From positions 434,001 through 498,000 of the forward strand of contig NW_026925910.1 of assembly GCF_032062105.1 (NCBI RefSeq): a stretch of 64,000 bases of DNA, given 5' to 3'. Both the position numbers and the translations under genes were made by a program. Below, one piece after another: positions 52,739-64,000 of the stretch (position 1 is its first letter; each line of letters starts with the position of its first letter). This stretch comes from Saccostrea cucullata (Eukaryota). The notes beneath the pieces were generated by a model, which saw only the letters and a list, made by a program, of their open reading frames with translations, searched no databases and was not told the origin of the DNA.

Positions 52739-55700
52739 TCACCCCTGCATCATTTTAACTTGTTCATGAATCTTCATGATCATTTTGTCTAGGTGATCCA
52801 GTCCATCTTTAAGCATTTGTCTATAAAAGAAATCATTTTTAAACACACCATTTTTTGAACATGTGCATGTACACATTCATATGTACTGAGCATGTACCAC
52901 TGTTCGCAAGATTTACTTTTTATTCATCAGTATTGCACTTTACACATACATTAATCTTGAGATATTTTTTTTTTAAAATTTATACATTACATTTATTTGT
53001 TCAATAGCAAACGAGGGCAGATGTCATCAAAATACCTCTTGCTTTCCATCCCAAATAACGACTGCAAATTAGCCACCTCTAAATTACCATCTTTTGCCTG
53101 AAATAATACAATATGCTCACATTAAACTTGTTTCTAAAAGTCTCTGTTAAACTGCCATTTAAGATGTCTGTCTGTTTTATGGCTGATTACACAGTAAACT
53201 TGATGATCTTCTCTTAAAAAGGATTTCTTAAATCAATGGCATGGCAACAATCAGATCTTGATTTTTCAAAATTGCAGCAAATGATTTTATTACTTCTGTA
53301 CCTATTGAATGAACTTTTACCTTCTGGCACATGTTCATAACAAAATAAGACTGAATTTAATGCTATATTATCCAAATCTTTCTAAGACACATGCTTACAT
53401 TTGCATTTTACATTTTACAATAACCAAATTCCTAGTTGGATTCTATTCAGGTGAAGAAAAAAAATCTTGAAATTGGCAGAAAGATAAGATTTACTGCACA
53501 TACCTCCACATTTAATCTAATGTAGAAGCTGTTCAGCTGAACACAGAGTCCATGAACAAGAGCTGCTTTATCTAATATATCCTTTGGGCTGAATCTCAAG
53601 GCCCTAAAAAGGTTCAAAGAAATATTTCAATGTATTAAATGAAACATTACTTGTATTAAACTATTATCAAAGATCTTGACAATATCATCAAAAGATATGA
53701 TTTGTTTGCTTAAAATATGTATGTTAAATGCAGGTTACCAATATTCTCTGTCTATATATACAAGGTACAAGTAAGTCGTAAAGTATGAACCTGGCAATCT
53801 ACACACTCTTTATATACATTTTTTTTTATAAACAGTCGTTAGATGTACAAATTATGAAAAAGTTGCCGATGAAAAAGTGAGAAGAAAAGACAGTATATTT
53901 ACTTTAGCAAACAATTAACCATAAACTCATTGCAAAGAAAATCTATTTCACTCCATCCCTGAAATTTTATATTTTCCTGATTCCCTTTTTAAGAAAATAC
54001 ACAACTAACTGCTCATATTCATATCGAATTCCATCCAGAGCTGGGACCAACTTCTGAAAAACAATCATCATTTTCTGCAGCTGCTCAGAATTAGTGCTGC
54101 CATTCTTTCTCCTGTCATCAATCACCCTCTGAAAATCCTCACTGTAACACAAACATAAAACATGTACATGTAAATGTTCTAAACCACTCTTTTTTTAAGA
54201 ATAAAAAGAATATTCTTTTAAGTGATTGAAAGGGGTTGGTTGGTTATGTACTTACCAACAGAAATAAACAACATCCCATATGTTGGTCAGTTTAGATTCT
54301 ACATCTTCTATACTTAAATGTTCTACCCTGTTCTTATTTTTGTCCATACATTCCTGAAAACAGAAAAACAAGCAACTTTACTTTAATACGATAACAATTT
54401 TACATAAACCATCTGAAAGATTTTTAGACGGGGTCACGTAACCCCGTCTATTAGTTTACTGTCAGAGCCCTCAGAAAGGAAGCCGTGGTGATAACACATG
54501 AATTAAATCTACGCTATATGAAAGAGTGCAGAAATTGTTTTGACCAAAATATAAACATTCTGTATCAAACTGAAGAAAGTGATATGAACTTTTTTCTAAA
54601 AGCATTTTGTAAACGTAAACTCAAAATACTAATTATAAAACACACTAGTAAACAATGTAATCTCCTGCGTAGTATTACGTAGTATCAGTTTTGTTTTTAG
54701 TTTGTTAATTAAAAAAATTATCAAAACTCGTTTAAAAAAAAAAAAATCGCATTTGTGAAATCTAGCATGAAAATTATTTTGACCCCGTCTTTCAGTACTG
54801 TCTCAGTACTTTGATTTTTTCTATGTCACTTTAAATATATTATTTGCATGATATACACTTATTTCATATTTGAAATAATTTTAAAAATTCCAGTGTGAGG
54901 CATTTGCCAAGTATCTAATTAAAGTTTAAAAATCTAAAATAAAAGAATGTACGGTAACTGGGTCAAGCATGACGTAAAAGTGTGCAAAATCCTTTATTTA
55001 TTTTATGTATATTATTTGTGATGTAGTTAAAATATTTAAATTATTTTGAATAATCCAGAGTGGGGCATGTATTTTTAAAAAAAAAACAAAAATAATACAT
55101 CTGTAATAAAAAAAAAAATAAATAAATATTAAAAGGAATGTAAAGGGGACATAACTTGTTGAAAGCATGCAAAATGTATTAAACCATCAAATATGACCTA
55201 TACTGGCCATATACCTTTTTTCGTAGTATATGTACTAAATAAGACTTCCATCTTTGTTTGTATAGATTTCAGCTCACCTTATTCTTTGAATCAGCCATTA
55301 ATTGCTTCCCAGACAAATAAGCCTCCAGACTGCTGACATTGACATTCCCAGCCTTGAGGTCATGACACAGCTGCTCACATTTCTTCATCCCTGACAACGC
55401 CTCACCAATGGAGGTGTCATCTCTAAACAGTAATAGCAATCATATTAATGTTTAATAAATTTATATAAAATATAGTAACAAATTTTGTTTTCTATTACAA
55501 TACACACTAATGCAACTCATCATATTAAAGCATTTACATTATATTTCATTAAAATCAAAACATGTTGCAGCAAGATCGTTTATGAGATAAACATCAACAG
55601 TAAAAAAAAAAAAAATATTAATCATTAGAAGAAAAATTTACCAATTTATTTGAGAGAGAGAGAGAGCAACATCTCAAAAGAGCAATACAATGACAACGAA

Positions 55701-58700
55701 ATCTTACTTTCTGTGTTTGTAACATTCCTCCAACAATTCTAGACAGTCATTCAACAGGTACCGGTAAATCTCTAAACTCAGATGGAAATCTGTTCAAAAA
55801 TATTCTTGACAGTATATAATAGTGAAACTCTTACACACGAATTTCACATCCAAGGAAAACTGTTGGTGTAATTAAATGCATAATGATAACATTTTACAAA
55901 TGAGAAAATCGGTGATCAGAAATGCTCATTTGAGCTTCCAGCACATGTAAGCTTGAAAACTGAATATATTTACATATAACTCAGTTCTGTTAACTTACGT
56001 GCATTGATCTTAAATCTGGCCAATAGTCTGTCCACTACTGTACTTAAATCTCTTCTGTAAATCTGTCCAAATACTGCGATCCAGTGTCTAAAAGATAAAA
56101 AACAAAATCTTATATAATCTAATGGCCAACTTATTAAAAAACATAGGTAATCAAAGATTACCAAGCTCACCTCGACGAATGTTATCAGTGTAACTAATGC
56201 AAATCTCACAACATATTTTCTTAATTTTTAGTATTTATCCCAACAACAATATTCTTGCAAGTTGTGTTTAACCCCTTACATGGCATATACACATTTCTAC
56301 TCGTGTAGCATGAAAAACATGTACAGTGTAAACAAATATTCATAACTTTGTTAATGCTGCAGATATCAAGGACTTCAAGTTAATTGGGATTGATCTGTTC
56401 CCAAAACTTTAACCTGGTCTCTTGTATGGAAAATATAGGTCAGACCCAGCATCCGAAGCAAGTCTGGTAGTGTCCATCCCTAGATGCATCATCCATGCAA
56501 GTTTGATTCAGGTAGGGCTTTTAGTTACTTGGGAATGGAAATATAGGTCAGACCCAGCATCCGAAGCAAGTCTGGTAGTGTCCATCCCTAGATGCATCAT
56601 CCATACAAGTTTGATTCAGGTAGGGCTCTTAGTTACTTGGGAATGGAAATATAGGTCAGACCCAGCATCCGAAGCAAGTCTGGTAGTGTCCATCCCTAGA
56701 TGCATCATTCATGCAAGTTTGGTTCAGGTAGGGCTTATAGTTACTTGGGAATGAAAATGTAGGTCAGATCCAGCATCCAAAGCAAGTCTGGTAGTGTCCA
56801 TCCCTAGATGCATCATCCATGCAAGTTTGGTTCTTGGGGGTAGGTCTCCATGCAAGTTTGCAAGTTCTAGTTACTTGGGAATGGAAATATAGTGTCCATC
56901 CAAGTCTGGTCCATCCCTAGATACTTGGGAATGAAAATGTTGGTAAGATCCAGCATCCAAAGCAATTCTGGTAGTGTCCATCCCTAGATGCATCATCCAT
57001 GCAAGTTTGGTCCAAGACAGGGCTTATAGTTCCTTTGGAATGGACCTGCTCCAAAAACTTTAACCTGGTCACTCCTCTGGAAAATGTAGGTCAGATCCAG
57101 TACCCGAAGCGAGTCTGGTAGTGTACATCCCTAGATGCATCATCCATGCAAGTTTGGTCCATGACAGGGCTTATAGTTCCTTTGGAATGGACCTGCTCCA
57201 AAAACTTTAACCTGGTCACTCATCTGAAAAATGTAGGTCAGATCCAGCATCCGAAGCAAGTCTGGTAGTGTCCATCCCTAGATGCATCATCCATGCAAGT
57301 TTGGTCCAGATAGGGCTTATAGTTCCTTCTGAATGGACCTGCTCCAAAAACTTTAACCTGGTCACTCATCTAGAAAATGTAGGTCAGATCCAGCATCCAA
57401 AGCAAGTCTGGTAGTGTACATCCCTAGATGCATCATCCATGCAAGTTTGGTTCAGGTAGGGCTTATAGTTACTTGGGAATGGACTTGCTCCTAAAACTTT
57501 AACCTGGGACGCGGACTCCAACGCCGGGGGTATAGCATAAGCTCATCTCGACTTCGTCGAGGTGAGCTAAAAATTCATTGGTGATACTGTATTAACCAAA
57601 CATATATCATTATTATTTTTTTTAGTATTATTCAAGTAAATGTGCTGATATTTTTTAAGAAAAAGTACATGCACACCTTGCTAAATTATAAAAGAACACA
57701 TTTAATTTGGTGATACTGTAAAAAAAATTTACTTTTTGAAGCACTCAAGTAGGTCTGAGAGGGTCCAAGGTGGCTTCCTGAACACAATCTCTAACCTACA
57801 ACAAATAGTTCCGTTATTAATACATGGAAAATTAACAGAGTGTGGTAAAATGTATGTAACATATACAGTCAAACCTTGTTATCTCAAATTCGATAAGACT
57901 GAAAAAGTTTCTGAGAACATTTACAGAAAAAATTGCCCAGAAAAAGGAAGCAATACAAGAGGCCCAAGGGCCACATCGCTCACCTGAGCAATTGGCTAGA
58001 AAAAAGCACATATCAGATCAGAACTGAAAGTTTACTAAGGGCAGGGAATTAACCCCCCAGGGATCATGATTTGAACAAATTAGAATTTACAAAAAGTAAA
58101 TATCACTAAGCATGGCTTTGAAACGTGAAAAGAAGATTTTAAAGGGTTTCCCTATATATTCCTATTAAAAAAAATTTGGCCCCACCCTACCCCCGGGGGT
58201 CATGATTTAAAGAAAATTCAATCTACAAAGGATGATTCCACAAGAGTTTCATCTTTCCTGTCTCAATAGTTCTTGAGAAGAAGATTTTTCCTATATATTC
58301 CTATGTAAAAATTTGATCGGCCATTTTGGCCCCACCCTACCCCCGGGGGTCATGATTTGAACAATCTTGAATCTAAACTACCTGAGGATGATTCCATATG
58401 AGTTTCATCTTTCCTGGCCAAGTGGTTCTTGAGGAGAAGATTTTTAAAGATTTTTCCTATATATTCCTATGTTACATTTGATCGGCCATTTTGGCCCCAC
58501 CCTACCCCCGGGGGTCATGATTTGAACAAACTTGAGTTTACACTACCTGAGGATGATTCCACATGAGTTTCATCTTTCCTGGCCAAGTGGAGCTTGAGAA
58601 GAAGATTTTTAAAGATCGGCCATTTTCGCCCCACCCTACCCCCTGGGGTCATGATTTGAACAATCTTGAATCTACACTACCTGACCATGCGTCCATATGT

Positions 58701-61700
58701 ATCTCATCTTTCCTGGCCAAGTGGTTCTTGAGATGAAGATTTTTAAAGAATTTTCCTATATATTCCTATGTTCGGCCATTTTGGCCCCGCCCTACCCCTG
58801 GGGGTCATGATTTGAACAAACTTGAATTTACACAAATCCATATAAATATGATCAATTATGGCTTTGCTCAGAAGATTTTTAAAGAATTTTCTATATATTT
58901 CACATAAAACTGGACAAAGCATTTTGGCCCCGCCCTATTTGGGGTCATGATTTGAACAAACTTGAATCTACACTACCTGAGGATGCTTCCACATAAATAT
59001 GATCAATTATGGCTTTGCTATTCCTGAGAAGAAGATTTTTAAAGAATTTTCCTATATATTTCTATGTAAAACTTTGGTCGGCCATATACAAACTTGAATC
59101 TACATTACCTAAGGATGCTTCCATATGAATATGATCAATCATGGCTTTGTTATTCTTGAGAAGAAGAATTTTAAAAGAATTTTCCTATACATTTCTATGT
59201 AAAACTTTGGCTGGCCATTGTGGTCCCGCCCAACCCCCGGGGTCATGATTTGAACAAAATTGAATCTACACTACCTGAGGATGATTCCCCATAAGTTTCA
59301 TCTTTCATGGCACAGTGGTTCTTGGGAAGAAGATTTTTAAATCATGCCACCAAATTTTATTAATTCCCCAACTTGAAACCCAAGGATACTTTGTGGAATT
59401 GGCCCATTGGTTGAAGAAGTCTATGAAAAGTTTACAGACAGACGGACAAAATTTCAGAAAAGCTAACTTGAGCCTTTGGCTCAGGTGAGCTAAAAAACAA
59501 AGTAAAAACCAAAACTCAAATATCAGTTTTTCAGACATCTTGACTTACCAAATATCATCATATGCTGCTTTCATTTCACATTCTAAGACACTGGACAAAG
59601 CATTCTTCAGCCACATTTTCAATTTGCAGAGCATCTCATCTAACTGAAATGGCAATAATATTCATGCAGTATTATCAAATACTTTTTATATAAAAGTGAA
59701 TAAGAATTGTATAGGTCCCTTTTAAATACTGTAAACCAACTTTAAATTGCGATGACTATATTTTTAAATTTGCTGGGGTAAACTAGTTCGCAACCATTAA
59801 TTTTTGTAATCAAACCTTTTTTGCAATGACAAGGCTCTCGCAAAAATCGCCAAAATTTCTTGGACACGAATTAAAATTGGTTTACAGTAACAAATTCATT
59901 TCACTGCTCAGAGCATTTCCACTGTTCAGTGCATTTCCACCATTCAGTGCAAACAAATATGCATGAAATTTTAAACAGTCAACAACTACACTTCATCGCT
60001 TAAAACTGATCAACTGTTGCTTAACTGTAGAACTAGAAAATCACAAACTGATTATGTGAAAGAGTAATGAAATAATGAATCTATAAACAAAGATTTGTAA
60101 TCTCATATAAAGATGACCATTTAAAACAGAGTCAGACTCCAACTGACCAAAGCCCATTGAGGGGTCAGTATGTGGAGTAGTGACTTACCAACTGATCAAG
60201 GCCCATTGAGGGGTCAGTATGTGGAGTAGTGACTTAACAACTGATTGACGCCCATTGAGGGGTCAGTATGTGGAGTAGTGACTTAACAACTGACTGAGGC
60301 CCATTGAGGGGTCAGTATGTGGAGTAGTGACTTACCAAATGACTGAGGCCCATTGAGGGGTCAGTATGTGGAGTAGTGACTTACCAAATGACTGAGGCCC
60401 ATTGAGGGGTCAGTATGTGGAGTAATAACTTACCAACTGACTGAGGCCAACTAAGGATCAGTATCTGGAGTAGTGACTTACCAACTGACTGAGGCCCATT
60501 GAGGGGTCAGTATGTGGAGTAGTGACTTAACAACTGACTGAGGCCCATTGAGGGGTCAGTATGTGGAGTAGTAACTTACCAACTGACAGAGGCCTATTGA
60601 GGTGTCAGTATGTGGAGTAGTGACTTACCAACTGACTGAGGTCTTCTGAGGGGACAGAGGGAGACATGGCATTTGATTTGGACGGTTTCTGTTTGGATTC
60701 ACTGGGGACCAATGATGGGTAATTTTCTGAAAAAAAGGATAACAAAACCTTAACAAAAAACTTCAGCTCCATGCAAAATACTATAATCACTACATTTTCG
60801 CAACACCTTATTTTCACAAGGTAGCCATTAAATCTTTATTAACAAGACAATTTTTTCTGGAATTGTGGTTTTTGCTCCAAATAATCTCATGGAATACTTA
60901 TATACCTGAGAATGAAATTTTTGCAGTCACACTGTCTCACATAATAATGTGAAAATAAAGTTCTCGAAACTACAGAGAGGTAATGTTTTCTGTATATGGA
61001 AGTGATTATTAAATGCAATGTAAATGTAATGTACACTTAATCCATTTATACCAATATTTTTACTTATTAGACTTTTATATAAATCAATGCCCATTCAATG
61101 TTGCATTTCTTTATACTTGTACATGTATTTTCTAACATTAATATTTGTATTTTTTTCTTTAAAACTTAAGGATTTATAAAATCTTACCATTTCCTATTTT
61201 GTTGGGACAATGGGGTTGAAGAGATTTTACTCCATTCATTAATAGCTAAAAAGAGAGATCTTATTATCAACATAGGTACCACCCTTAATACGGCTAATGA
61301 AATAAATCTATTTCATAGCATTCAATCAAATACTGAAAAAAATCTGTATATTTAATGGAAAACATTAGATACATATCAGGTGTTTAATAATTTGTAATCA
61401 CTTTTATTCATGGCAATAACTTTCCTTAAAGTAAATGATTGTACCGACAATACAAATTGCCAATATATTTTGAGTGTGTCTTTTAGTAAAACAGAAAGAT
61501 GAAAGACATTAATTAAAATTATAAATACATAATGTCACCCTATGATTGTAGCAAAGGAATAAGAGCAAATTTACATCTATTAACAGGTATGCTTTTTATT
61601 AAATTCAAATGTGTAGCTGTACTTACAAAACTGTCAAATGCTGGAATTTTATTAATTCTGGCCTTACTAAGGAGGTTTTTATCATTACTTAACAGTATCA

Positions 61701-64000
61701 CAGTTGAGTTCATTCCTGCAACAGAAATTATTCACAATCACAATTTAATTAAGTCTATCAATGCTTTCCCTTTTCATGATAGAAACAGCAAGAAAGGAAA
61801 TTCAGCTATTCATTTTCACTTTCAATGTTCAATTGTGACTATGTACATGTATAAGTAGATGTACATATTTAAAAGTTCTTCTTGTCTTTATACACTTTTA
61901 AATTGCCAGCATGGGTCTGCAGAAGGGTAGGGTTAATGGGATAAAAATACATACATGTATGTACACATAACTTGTAACAGAAAAAAATCACAGACAGTTG
62001 GATGGACAGACAGTAAGACAGATTGATTACTATATATATCACCTACAAATTCTTGTGGGGCCCCAATTACATTGTGAAAAAGTAAAAGATGCTTCAACAA
62101 ATACTTACGTTTTTTTTGACACTGCAAGCAGGTTTGTAGAATTCTATCATCATTGCACTCAGCCTGGAATTCTTTAGAGGCATCTGATGCCTGAAAAAGA
62201 AAATTTTATTTGTAACTGAAAACCAAAAAGTTTCAGAAATATATTCAATTTATTTGTAATTGAAAATGGATATCTGCATCTGTCTAGCTACTGATGTTTT
62301 ACTGTACCTGTGTTGCACTTTGACCAATCACTCGCTGATGGTTGTCCATGAAACATTGATAGATATAGTGTACAGCTGCTCTGGCACATTTACCAATCTT
62401 CATGGACTTAAAAAAAAAATGGAAAATTACATTTGGTTTCCACATAGTCTTAAAAATTAATTTTCTATGATTTTTTTTTTTTTCGCCAAAAATACAACTA
62501 TTAAAACAAAGTAAAGTCACAGGCAAAATCCGCTCAATCTTACACAAGACAGACATTTTAAACTTCATTTTACCATAGTGGCAGCAGATGACTTGTTTGA
62601 TTTCAGTGCATCCAATTCCTGCATCACCACCCACGGAATGACTAGATTAGGAAGCCCAAATTCTAGTAGGACAAATAAAATGTTAATTCTATGTCTCCTT
62701 AAGCCAATGAGGTATAATCAGTAACCTTTTAATTAGCATTTTTTAAGGATAAAATCAGTTGTCAAATTATTAAATTATACTGACAAACATCACATCTACA
62801 TGATCAGTATTTGTTAATTTCATTTAAATATGTAGATGAACTCAGGTGAAAACAACATGTAAATACTTTAAAATTTCAAAAACAACATCTAACTGGTAGT
62901 ACAAGTATTAGCCTTTTATAACTCTAAATGAAGAAACTGGTCACTTACTTTCAAAGCAGTGGTCTCGAAGGTCTTGTACAAAAGCCAAGTTACTTATGAA
63001 CACATTGGTGTCAACAACTATGTGTAAACCCTGAAAATACAAATCCCACAATTAGAAAGAACTGCAACTGGCTGGCGACCAACTCTATACAGTGTCCACA
63101 TAAATGAACTTAAAACTTCAATTTTTAAACGATATTCTCTATTTCTTTCTCAGATAAAACTACTCATACATAAGAGAAAAGAATTTTCTTGATTCAATCA
63201 TGAATTTCCCTTTCTATACATATTGACAATTTATGTATATCCATCTAATCAATATGGAAATTTCCAACTAGACAGTTATCTCTAAAATTATGAAGTGATG
63301 ACATGATGAAAAATAACTCAAACATTATTATTTAAATTGTAATGGAAGCATCTGTGTTACCTAGGACTACAATTTTTAAAAAAAAGAAGAATATTTTGAC
63401 TCCTTAAGTATAACTTACATGGTCTACACTGTGGATATGCCCTGGTTGGCCTGAGGTGAAAACTTGTGTCAGTGTTCCTATCACTTCACTTGGATACTTC
63501 TTCACAGATTCCCGGACTTCTTTCAGCTGAAATATTGAAAAATAACTTTTGGCTCAATTTCAAAGGTTTATCATTTTATACAATATTATACAAATTACAA
63601 AACAGTTGAAAAAGAAATCTTTTTTTCTTCGGGGCCAATAACATATTTTTCCAGAATAACCAGCTATACCTGATACATACAGTTATGTAATTGCTTATCA
63701 TTTGGTATTTTGTTACCCTTTTATATTCATCTCTTGAAGACAACTTGAGCAAACAACTAGTAGTGGGATAGGAAAATGTCTACTGAGATATCATTTGATT
63801 GTTGATAAAAGTATTTAAAACTCAATTTCATGATATTAACACACATGAAAATTTTCAAAGACTAAACAGTCTATACCACTATATCAGATACATCCATCTC
63901 CTCGATCTCTCTGTCATCCTCTCTAGAGAGCACCTGCTGGACTTCATCAATCTCCATACTGATCTCCTCTCGCCGCTTCTGGTTGATGGGAACAGGAGTT
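52739..64000 (-). CDS. SWT1: SWT1 PIN-domain RNA endonuclease, 3' part; 5' end lies outside the window
   Basis: Spliced PIN motifs IVVDTNVFI, LVIPWVVMQELDALK, NDDRILQTC, ILLSNDKNLLSKA; C-terminal KPPWTLSDLL and HWIAVFG; stop TGA at 52739-52741. Confidence 0.9.
54421..54800 (-). mobile_element. Helentron-like non-autonomous fragment
   Basis: Hairpin TAGACGGGGT..ACCCCGTCTA plus a matching GACCCCGTCT at 54781. Confidence 0.55.
56161..57574 (+). mobile_element. HINE of the 147-bp family with 108-bp variant units, in a SWT1 intron
   Basis: AGCTCACCTCGACGAA / TTCGTCGAGGTGAGCT ends; units spaced 108 bp (56431, 56539, 56647), then about 147 bp. Confidence 0.87.
57955..59497 (+). mobile_element. HINE of the 166-bp satellite family, in a SWT1 intron
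   Basis: Same termini and core as 34149-35254, more diverged. Confidence 0.85.
59730..59887. mobile_element. Small TA-flanked MITE
   Basis: TA-CTGTAAACCAA ... TTGGTTTACAG-TA. Confidence 0.65.
60139..60641. repeat. 49-bp minisatellite, about 10 copies, overlapping a SWT1 exon end and splice donor
   Basis: CCAACTGACTGAGGCCCATTGAGGGGTCAGTATGTGGAGTAGTGACTTA; marker at 60152, 60201, 60250. Confidence 0.95.

Noticed and set aside
56422-56754. 110-aa ORF with a 36-aa repeat
   Set aside because: Translation of the 108-bp satellite units of a HINE

Overview
Eukaryotic, AT-rich, intron-rich genomic DNA. The gene set, C1q pseudogene, HINE/pearl-type elements with a 166-bp satellite and abundant TACATGTA point to a bivalve mollusc, probably an oyster (inference). 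Hand-spliced genes: MYORG-like GH31 glycosidase (-), NFKBIL1-like ankyrin protein (+), FBXO38 (+), aromatic L-amino acid decarboxylase (-), an intronless orphan coiled-coil gene (+) and the 3' part of SWT1 PIN nuclease (-). Also present: a C1q-domain pseudogene, a BTB remnant, a 6.3-kb 51-bp satellite with higher-order structure, a solo LTR, a decayed RTE-like LINE and many MITE/HINE elements. Top finding: the first exon of the NFKBIL1-like unit carries a separate spliced 81-aa ORF resembling the NDUFA4/COXFA4/B12D family. It stops 7 nt before the ankyrin-protein ATG, suggesting a bicistronic or overlapping-frame transcript from a bidirectional promoter shared with MYORG. Family assignments come from recalled motifs; no database search was run.
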